NCBI GenBank assembly: GCA_963745835.1
Contig: CAVUZH010000014.1
Location: 320,001 to 384,000 of the forward strand
DNA from: an uncultured delta proteobacterium
GTDB taxonomy: Bacteria; Desulfobacterota; Binatia; UBA9968
Length of the DNA stretch: 64,000 bases
Direction: 5' to 3'
Positions 52,583 to 64,000 of the stretch are shown here, in pieces. Position 1 is the stretch's first letter; every line of letters starts with the position of its first letter. The notes beneath the pieces were generated by a model. It was not told the DNA's origin, did no database searches, and was given only the letters and a program-made list of their open reading frames with translations. Position numbers and translations under genes: made by a program.

Positions 52583-53565
52583 CTATTTGATGATTCTGTC
52601 CGCTCGCGCCAAAACCTTCTGCGGGATGATAAGTCCGATCTGCTTCGCTGTCTTGAGATTTATCACCAGCTCAAGCTTTGTCGGCTGCTCCACTGGCAGA
52701 TCAGCGGGCTTGGCTCCTTTCAGGATTCTGTCCACGTAATATGCGACGCGATGGTAGCTGTCCATGAGGTCCGCCCCATAGAACATGAGCCCGCCGAGAT
52801 CTACAGCTTCGGTGTTGTTGTATATCGACGGTAGCCGACTCTTTAACGCGAAGCCTGCAATGCGTTTTTATAGATAGCCCACATTCGCGTGCCTGAGAGC
52901 ACGTAGAGTCCATCCGGGCGCTCGTTGTTAAATGAAGCGAAGGCTCGCTCGAAACCGTCCGCGTCTGGTATCTCCCAAGGCTGAATAGTCAACTTCAGCG
53001 CGCGCGCTGTCACTGGGAGAACCTCCTTCACTTCCGCTAGTTGGGACGTATTTGCCGGATCGTAGAGAACCGCGACACGAGCTACTTTGGGAACGGCTTC
53101 TTTGAGCAACTCAAGCCGCTTACCGCCTAGCTCTCTGGAAAGGTTTGTAAGGCCTGTGACGTTGCCGCCGGGACGGGCAAGACTTTCAACCAGGCCTGCC
53201 TCGACGGGATCGGACCCATTGGTCATCACGAGGGGAATACTCTTGGTCGCATTCTTGACCGCCCGGACCGGTGTATTCCCACCTGCTACCACGATGATAT
53301 CAAGCTTGAGACGTACCAGCTCGGCCGCAAGCTCAGGAAACCGATCGCGGTTCCCCTCCGCATATCGGTACTCGCTGGAGATGTTCTGTCCTTCAATGTA
53401 GCCAAGCTCGCGCAGAGCCTGCCGAAGTGGCTCGGAACGGGCGGAGTCAGTAGTGGGGTTGCCCGGCAATAGGTACCCTATCCGAGCGACTTTCCTTGCC
53501 TGCTGCGCCTCGGCGGGATGAACACTGGCCAAGATAAAGCCAATCAACAACAGAATAATCCTCAT
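52583..53565 (-). CDS. ABC_sub_bind substrate-binding protein E, frameshifted
   Basis: MRIILLLIGFILASVHPAEAQQ signal; close paralog of A. Confidence 0.85.
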
Positions 53566-53610
53566 GTGCCGACAGTTATCGCTGTTCGAGATAGGTGTCC
53601 AGGAAAGTTT

Positions 53611-53679
53611 TTGGGCTCAGAATGTCAGATAACACTCGATACGAATGGGCAATTTCTCCCCAGTAAGAGGGCCGCGTAA
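53611..53679 (+). pseudogene. Second tyrosine integrase C-terminal relic
   Basis: LGSECQITLDTNGQFLPS resembles 'LGHSxxQITLDTYGHxxP'; same position relative to the att copy as the 30913 relic. Confidence 0.5.
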
Positions 53680-53801
53680 GCTTGTCTAATGCGATGGCCG
53701 AAGCGCGCAAGGGAAAACACACTGCCTAAGGTGTCTTGGAGACTAAAGTGGAGACAACCGGAAAGAAGATCAGACTTGGGACGCTAAGTAATTGAAAATA
53801 C

Positions 53802-53846
53802 TGGCGCGCCCGGAGGGATTCGAACCCCCAACCCTCAGATCCGAAG
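53802..53846 (-). mobile_element. att-like site: 3' half of tRNA-Arg(TCG), copy 2
   Basis: 44/45 identical to 31116-31160; no 5' half; preceded by TGGAGACTA/TGGAGACAA repeats. Confidence 0.85.
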
Positions 53847-54695
53847 TAGGATCCGGCCACGCACCAGAAAGAGACAAGAAGTAAGAGAGCCGCGAAAACG
53901 TCTGTTGTCTCGCCGCGATCGGGACAGGTTTGATTCTTCTCTCCAATCCCTTTTCCTGCGTGTTCCCGCTCATTCCGGCTACAATAAGGCAACATTTTCA
54001 ATAACAGGCGATGAAACAGGCGTCATTAACTCCCGCTTTCCTTCGTGAGCCGGATCGTTAATCGTAAAAAACAGCGCGAGAACAGCAGTAGTATGATGCG
54101 CGAATGGGCTTCTCGGAAGTCTGGTAGTCCTAAGAAAACACGCTTAATATCTTCTTCACCGAAGCTCCTTTCTCTCACGAGCCTTGCTCCTTTACCTCCC
54201 TCTTGTTTTTGCCTAATTGCTCCTTAACCTCCTTTCTCTTTCACCAGTCTCCATCCCTTCTTGATCGTGGCTTGTTTGGCACAAACTGCCTTCTGTCCAG
54301 AGGCCTTGTCCAATAGTTTCTTCCGATGTACGGTGTGTAGAACCACGTGTTCAGGACAATTACAAGAAACTAACCACCGGTATCGACGATACTGGCCGAC
54401 GACATGGCAACTGCAGACCGGCCATTCGCTCGCCATAGTGGTTGCCACGGTCCCCTTCGCCTGCCTCTTGAATGATCACCATATTACCCAGGCAAGCCTC
54501 GAAGACTTCCCGCGGCGCGCCTGTTGCCGCGAGTTAAGCACAGCGATCGGTGTTCAACGAAGCATCGTCTCGTCTGCTCGCCGCCTTCGCATGCCTCACA
54601 ATACATAATACAGCGCTATCCCGGAGAACAACCACGCCGTCCATGTAAGCAGAACGCCAGTTCTCAAAAATCATAGAGCTACTGTGAAATTTGTG

Positions 54696-54723
54696 CTTGA
54701 TTGATTGGTTTATAGTTATAGGC
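54696..54723 (+). repeat. 28-bp direct repeat, copy 1
   Basis: CTTGATTGATTGGTTTATAGTTATAGGC. Confidence 0.75.
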
Positions 54724-54878
54724 GCGGCGAGCGCAAAAAGGACGAATAATATGGAGCGCTTCCAATCAATCCGGATCCGGGTTCCACCGCGGTGGCTTTC
54801 GTTTTAGTCTAGCCGACTTCTGCCGTCGTCTGGCCACAGAAGCTGCCGAGCCGTCCATCCTCGAGCGCAGGAATGACG

Positions 54879-57688
<2,810 letters not shown>

Positions 57689-57692
<4 letters not shown>

Positions 57693-60600
57693 TTTGCTCG
57701 ACTCCCGAGCTTGAAAACGCGCGTGCTGCCGCAGACAAACTCGTACACCTCGTCTTTGATTCCCAGCTTGATCGGCGCAACGCCGCGTTCGCGCCCGCGC
57801 ACGGTGAGCGTGTCGCGCGTAAGCCGCAGATCGAGCGAATGCCCGCGATAGCGGATGCGCATGTCGAGGCGCTCCAACTCCTGCGGCAATTGCGGATTGA
57901 GCCGCAGAACGTCCCCGGTTACTTCGATACCGGTCGATACACGCTGCACCAGATCGACGGTTCCCGCCATGGCGCCGAGATGCACGCCCTCCGCGGTGGT
58001 GCCCTGCTGGATATCGCTCACATCGCTCTGCAGCGCCTCGGCGAAGTAGCGTCATCGAGCGCGGCCGGTCCGAGCGCGCCAATACCCACGCATGGACCAC
58101 CCGGGAGAGCGTGGAGCCGTGCGACGAGCGGCAGTCGTAGTAGGCGACGTTGCGCGGGATGGTGTCGCGGTCGAACGGATAGCCCAGACGCGTGAACAGC
58201 TCGCCCAGCTCCTCGGCGGAAAACAGATAGAACAACATCAGCACGTCGGCCTGCTTCGAAAGCTTGTAGCGGTTCGCGCTGTCATTCTCCGCTTCGAGGA
58301 TGAGCTCGAGGCGCTGGATGTTGCCGTAGCGGGCGCGGTAGTCCTCGCCAATCCAGCTCGGCGAGCGTTTCGTAGCCCTCGAACTGGCTGATGATCCCGT
58401 CGCCATGAAACGGCACAAACATCCTGCGGCTGATGTCGTCCCAGCGCGCGATCTCGTCCGCGGACAACCCCAGCCGCGTCGTGAGCTCGGCGCGACGAAT
58501 GTCGGGGAGCAGGTCGAGCACGTCCAGCGCGCGGCACAGCACCCACACGGCCATGATGTTGGTGTAGGCGTTGTTATTGAGGCCGGGCGTCGGTGAACCC
58601 GGATAGCCCTCGTGAAACTCGTCGGGGCCCATCACGCCGCGAATCTCATAGCGCCCGCGCTCGTCATTGAAACTCGCGATGCTCGACCAGAAGCGGGCGA
58701 TCTCGAGAATCAGCTCGGCGCCGTGGAACTGCAGAAACTCGACATCGTGAGTGACTTGAAAGTACTGCCAGACGTTGTAGGCGATGGCGCTGCCGACGTG
58801 GCGCTGCAGGTAGGAGTTGTCGGGCACCCAGCGCTGCGAGCGCGGGTTCAGGTTGAGCTCCTGGGTTTCCTCCTGCCCGTCGCTGCCGCTTTGCCAGGGA
58901 AACATGGCGCCCTGAAATCCCGCGCTTCGGGCCGCGGCGCGCGCCTCGCCGAGGCGCCGGTAGCGATACATGAGCAGCGACCGGGTGATTTCGGGCATGC
59001 GATAATTGAGGAACGGGAAGATAAACAGCTCATCCCAGAAGATGTGGCCCTGGTAGGCCTCCCCGGTCCAGCCGCGCGCCGGCACGCCGATATCGAGCCC
59101 GATGGAGTTGGGCGACACCGCCTGCAGCAGATGAAACATGTTCAACCGCAGCAGCATCGGGACGTTCAGCTTGAATCCGGGCTCTGCCGGCTGGATATGC
59201 ACGTCGAAACGGCGCCACAAGTGCTTCCAGGCAAGCACGTGCTCCGCCATCACCGCGTCGAAGCGACCCGCGCGCGCGATCGCCTTGCGCGCCGCCAGGC
59301 CGCACTCGGAGATGGCCTGATCTCGCGACGTATAGAAAGAGGCGAGCTTCTCCAGCACCAGCGTCTCGCCCTGCTGGAGGTCGATCGACGAGTTCCTGCC
59401 CGATGTAGCCCGGTTCGTCGATGATCCGGCGCGGGCCCTCGCGAAGCTGTCCGTCGACGAACGCTTGCGTTCGCGCCGCCTGCGCGACATGAATATTCGA
59501 CTGGCAGGTGCGCACCAGCAGATACACGCCGTCCTCGCCAACGACCTCGCCTGCCAGCGGCTCCAGGTGTTTGTTGTTGAACTTTCGATAGAGCTTCGCG
59601 CCCGCGTTGACGACGCGCCCATCGATCGCCGAACGGACCGTGACGCGTGGCGGACCAGTTCTCGGCGGTCAGCGCCAGCTCCAGCGCGCCCAGGTGCATG
59701 TCGGCCATCGAGACCAGGCGGCGCTCCTTGAGCGTGGTGCGCCGCCCCTGGCCGTCCTCGAAGCTGAGGGTTCGCAACAGCATGCCGCGCCGGAGATCGA
59801 GCTCCTGGCGGTAGGACAGGATCTTGACTGTTCTCGGCATCGAACCAGTCCGCGTCGGCGATGCGAAACTCGAGCGCAAGCCAGTTGGGAAAATTGACCA
59901 GATCCTCGTTCTCGACCACCCGGCCGGCAATATCGGTGCGCAGCCGATTGTAGCCGCACGGCGAGGTAGGTGCCGGGATAGTGAATGTCATCCGCCCGCG
60001 CCCAGGCTGCCGCCCCGCGCGTCGCGAAATAGCCGTTCCCCAGGGCGCACAGGGCTTCGCGGATTCCCTCGCGCGCCGGGTCGAATCCTTCGTACACCAG
60101 TGACCACGCCGACGGCGGTTCCGCTGCGATCTTAACCTGCGCCAGGTCGGTGACCACGACATCGGCGCCGGCCTCGCGCAGCGCCTGCGATTGCCCGCTG
60201 CGATCGACGCCGATGACGCAGCCGAAAGCGGCCGGCGCGCCCCGCCTCGACGCCGGCGATCGCGTCCTCGACGACGACCGCCCGCGACGGTTCTACCTTG
60301 AGGCGCCGCGCCGCTTCCAGGAAAGCATCGGGCGCCGGCTTGCCGTTGAGAGAGAGGCGGGTGATATCCATCCCGTCCACCCGCGCGTCGAACAGCTGCG
60401 ATATCCCGGCTGCCTCAAGCACCGCCGCGCAGTTGTTGCTGGAGGACACGACCGCAGTCTTGATCTCCTGCGCCCGAAGTGTTCGAACGAGCGCGATCGA
60501 CGCTTCGTAGACCTCGACGCCGTGCTGCTCCAGGTGTTGCGGTGAAATATTGGTCCTTCAGGTTGCCCAGCGCGTGCACGGTTTGCGCGCCGGGGCCGTC

Positions 60601-60886
60601 TTCGGGTGCGCCGAAAGGCAATTCAATACCGCGCGACGCGAGGAAGTCCGCCACGCCGTCGTAACGCGGCTTGCCGTCGACGTAGCGCCGGTAGTCGGCA
60701 TCGATATCAAAGGCGACGAACGGTTCACCCGTCGTCTGCGGCCCGCTGCTCGAGAAACTGATCGAATAGCTTTTTCCACGCCGCTGCATGCACGCTCGCC
60801 GTCTTGGTCAGCACGCCGTCGAGGTCGAACAAAACAGCGTCGTAATCGCGCGGCGAAAGCGTGACTATGGGGGATAGGCTGGTCAT
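57689..60886 (-). CDS. Beta-phosphoglucomutase-like HAD domain fused to GH65 (trehalose/maltose phosphorylase-like), many frameshifts
   Basis: [63 protein letters not shown] and GVHLGAMAG motifs, spread over several frames. Confidence 0.88.
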
Positions 60887-61365
60887 GATTCATTCTCTGG
60901 TGCGCTTGAAAAAACGGGTGCGCTCGCGCGACCCAAGAATGCCAAGCCCGGAAGTAAATCTTCTTTGGGTCCTTGCGTCTCTTTTACTCTGCTAAGGACT
61001 GCTTTGCGCGAGATATTCTGAGTTCGGTGAGCGGCAAGGAATTTTCGCGGCAAGTAGGTCGCTAGGAAGCCCTCCTTATGAACCTCATAGGAATTTCGAT
61101 CGCGCTCCCCACAGGCCGCATCGATATTGCCTGCCCGGTGCCTTTCGCGCCTCCTGGCTTAGTGTTGGATCTCGAGTCGCTATTGCGTCGTGTCTGCTGT
61201 CCCGTCAGATTCATGGTCACCTCCTCGGGCGGCGCACCCTGAGTAATCAGACAGAGATCTCACAGTATGTAGTAGCGGAATGTAGTCGACTTATCACCTA
61301 AACTTTTTCGCAACAAGGAAATTATTGTCTTTTCCGGGACCGTGAGGCAATGTTTCAGAACGTTT

Positions 61366-61393
61366 CTTGATTGATCGGTTAATAGTTATAGGC
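61366..61393 (+). repeat. 28-bp direct repeat, copy 2
   Basis: CTTGATTGATCGGTTAATAGTTATAGGC, 26/28 identical to copy 1. Confidence 0.75.
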
Positions 61394-61561
61394 TAACGAA
61401 GAGCCTCCAACATCAACCGCTTTCTACCAGCATATTCGGAAAAAGAGGGAGCGTGCCAGTCAAGGATTCGGAATCCCGACGCCACGGTTGAGATCGTTTT
61501 AAGCACCTGTGCTCGCGTCGGTTCTGATGTTCAATCAATAGAGATGCAACTCTAGACTTGC

Positions 61562-63028
61562 ATGGATATTATCGTTGTCGATCGTATAAGCGCCATCCTG
61601 ACCGTCTTGCTCAGTGTCTACGCGCTCGGGATGACTGTACTCCTCATTTCGGAAAACCGGCGACCCCAAGCGACATTGGCCTGGATACTTATATTCGTCT
61701 TAGCTCCGGTGATCGGAGGGTTGATCTACATTTTTTTCGGCAGAGACACGAAAGCCTTCAGCAAACAGAGCAAGCTCCTCAGGCAGGATCTCGACGTTAG
61801 CGCCCGTCCCTTGTTGTCGCCGCTATTGTCACGCCAGGATATAGAGATCGCCCGGCTCGAGTATGAGAGTCTCGGCTATCGAAAGCTGATGATGCTGGTG
61901 CGTCGCAACTCCCGGTCGGCGTTAACAAAGCATAACCGTGTGGAGATTCAACAAGACGCCGCCAAGTTTTATCCGAATATGGTGGAGGATATAAAAGCGG
62001 CGCAGCACTCCATCCATCTTCAGTATTTCGTCTGGGCTGCCGACACGTTTACGGAATGCCTCAAGGAAGTTTTGAGCGCCAAGGCGAGAGCGGGGATCGA
62101 GGTCCGGTTGCTGTATGATCCGATAGGCTCCCAGGCACACGTGGGCTCCGCTTATGTAAAGAAGATGCTGGCGTCGGGAATCCAAATGGCCCCTACTTCC
62201 CCGCCCTACAGGCTGCACACGATTAGCTACCGCAATCATCGCAAGATCACCGTCATCGACGGCGCAATTGGCTATACCGGTGGGATGAATATTGGCAAGG
62301 AGCACGTTGACGGCGGCGAAGGCTTCAATTCGTGGCGGGATACTCAAGTGCGGATCGCCGGCGAAGGCGCCGCGGTGTTGCAAGCTGTGTTCATGGTCGA
62401 CTGGTATAACGCAGTCAGGGAAAACCTCTTTGCCGAGGCCTATTTTCCCGCAGCCGCTACCGAATTAATCGACGGCGATGTGCCGGTCCAGATCCTAACC
62501 TCGGGGCCAGATTCGCATTGGGCCGCGATCAGGCAACTCTACTCCTTCATGATCGTATCGGCCAAAAAACACGTCTTTATCCAGTCGCCTTATTTTGTAC
62601 CCGACGCAACCATTGCCGAAGCGCTTATGACCGCCGCTTTCTCTGGTGTCGACGTCAGAGTCATGCTCAGCGCGCGGCCTTCCGGCAACAGAGTGCCTGC
62701 CTGGGCAGGGAACACGTTTATGGCTGAGGTTGTCGATGCCGGGGTGCGCATGTTTCTTTATGAAAAGGGCTATCTGCACGCTAAGACCATCAGCATCGAT
62801 TCGGAGGTCTGCTCAATCGGCTCGGCAAATATCGACATTCGCAGCTTCAGTATCAACTACGAGCTCAACGCAGTGCTCTACAGTCGCGAACTCGCCAGGG
62901 AGTTGGAGAAAGACTTCGAACGCGACCTCGTTCACTGCACTGAATTCAGTCCCAAAGAGTATAAGAAGCGCAGTGGTGTCGTGCGGTTCAGGGATTCGGT
63001 CGCAAGGGTCTTCTCTCCGCTGCTATGA
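61562..63028 (+). CDS. cls: Cardiolipin synthase
   Basis: Two N-terminal TM helices; two HKD motifs (NHRKITVID, LHAKTISID). Confidence 0.93.
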   Translation: MDIIVVDRISAILTVLLSVYALGMTVLLISENRRPQATLAWILIFVLAPVIGGLIYIFFGRDTKAFSKQSKLLRQDLDVSARPLLSPLLSRQDIEIARLEYESLGYRKLMMLVRRNSRSALTKHNRVEIQQDAAKFYPNMVEDIKAAQHSIHLQYFVWAADTFTECLKEVLSAKARAGIEVRLLYDPIGSQAHVGSAYVKKMLASGIQMAPTSPPYRLHTISYRNHRKITVIDGAIGYTGGMNIGKEHVDGGEGFNSWRDTQVRIAGEGAAVLQAVFMVDWYNAVRENLFAEAYFPAAATELIDGDVPVQILTSGPDSHWAAIRQLYSFMIVSAKKHVFIQSPYFVPDATIAEALMTAAFSGVDVRVMLSARPSGNRVPAWAGNTFMAEVVDAGVRMFLYEKGYLHAKTISIDSEVCSIGSANIDIRSFSINYELNAVLYSRELARELEKDFERDLVHCTEFSPKEYKKRSGVVRFRDSVARVFSPLL

Positions 63029-63336
63029 GAAAACGACCGTGACAGGGGCCGGTCAACTGTAGTTCAGAAAACCATTCCATGTACGCAGCAGGCCATCGTG
63101 CTTGCAGCCGAAGCCCTTTGTATGCTCAGCGAGGGAATACGACGACTTTATCCCTGCACAACTGTATGTCGTGAAATTAAGGAGAGCCTGGTCGGAGCTG
63201 GCTTAGACTTTGTCAGTCCCGCTGTCCCTAGTGTAACCAGACGTTCTGCACAATATTTTCGGTCAGTCTTATCCATGATGTAATGACCCGTCAGCACAAC
63301 GATAGCAAACTTGCGCGGCAGTCCTATACAGTCGAT

Positions 63337-64000
63337 TCATACTGGCCTACTTCCCGGCTCTGAATCGTAAGTGTAAAGCATGCGTGGCAGCTGGGCTTCG
63401 GCTTCGATGCGGCGGGGGTTCGGATAACGCAACGCCTGCCAACAGAGCCAGAGCAGAGGTAAAGCTCCGCCGATGATGAATAGAGCGTCGCCTGGTAAGC
63501 GCGCCCATTCGAGAACATTAACCCAGCGCAGATTGAGAAAGCTCAAACTCCGCGCATACCAGTAGCCGATATCCACGGCATAATAGAGCTGGACAATGCC
63601 GAGCGGGAAAAGATTCACAAACGCCATCCATGCCAGGCCGATATTCAGAGACCAGAAAGATATTTTAGCCGCGCGATCGCTCCATCTGTCGGGATGGGTC
63701 AAGTAGCGCAAACAGAAGAGCAACAATCCGACCGCCAGCATGCCGTAAACGCCCATCATGGCGGTGTGGCCGTGGTTGGCGGTGAGCGCGGTGCCGATTT
63801 CGTAATAGCTTACGACTGGAAGATTGATCAGGAATCCAAACACGCCAGCGCCGAGAAAATTCCACACACCCACCGCTACGAGAAACCATACGGCCCAACG
63901 ATGGAGGTGATAGCGCTCCACGGTTTTCTGTTCTCCCGACTTGATGAAGGACCACGCTTCGAGGCTCAGCAACAATAATGGAATGACTTCCATCGCCGAG
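63337..64000 (-). CDS. norB: Quinol-dependent nitric oxide reductase (qNOR), C-terminal part
   Basis: EVIPL, WNFLGAGVFGFLINLP, SYYEIGT, ANHGHTAMMGVYG, GYWYARS and WARLPGD motifs. Confidence 0.93.
   Translation of the reverse strand, partial: SAMEVIPLLLLSLEAWSFIKSGEQKTVERYHLHRWAVWFLVAVGVWNFLGAGVFGFLINLPVVSYYEIGTALTANHGHTAMMGVYGMLAVGLLLFCLRYLTHPDRWSDRAAKISFWSLNIGLAWMAFVNLFPLGIVQLYYAVDIGYWYARSLSFLNLRWVNVLEWARLPGDALFIIGGALPLLWLCWQALRYPNPRRIEAEAQLPRMLYTYDSEPGSRPV

Overview
Bacterial chromosomal window. The large expansions of TctC, NMT1-like and ABC_sub_bind binding proteins suggest a Binatia-like 'Deltaproteobacteria' genome, but that assignment is inference. 1-27 kb: intact catabolic and housekeeping genes, namely glmL, TTT/ABC binding proteins, two class III CoA-transferases, a crotonase, an MltD-like transglycosylase, creatininase, an AlkB-like oxygenase, a deacetylase-TPP-SDR-tctCAB operon, 1-Cys peroxiredoxin, GST and a second TPP enzyme. 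27-54 kb: a decayed accessory region. It contains a 58-aa metallothionein missed by the ORF track, and two 45-bp copies of the 3' half of tRNA-Arg(TCG). Each tRNA copy is preceded by a degraded tyrosine-integrase C-terminus and GGAGACAA arm-type repeats, which points to a tandem stack of dead integrative elements. It also holds an IS481 relic, phage-like fragments, and a recurring 'S1/P1 nuclease - orphan ABC_sub_bind proteins - cargo' module, where one cargo gene is an Npt-type nucleotide transporter. 54-64 kb: a GC-rich HAD/GH65 plus P-type ATPase operon bracketed by a 28-bp direct repeat, then cls and the 3' end of qNOR. Many single-base frameshifts right of 31 kb may be assembly errors. 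No CRISPR array, rRNA or intact tRNA was seen.
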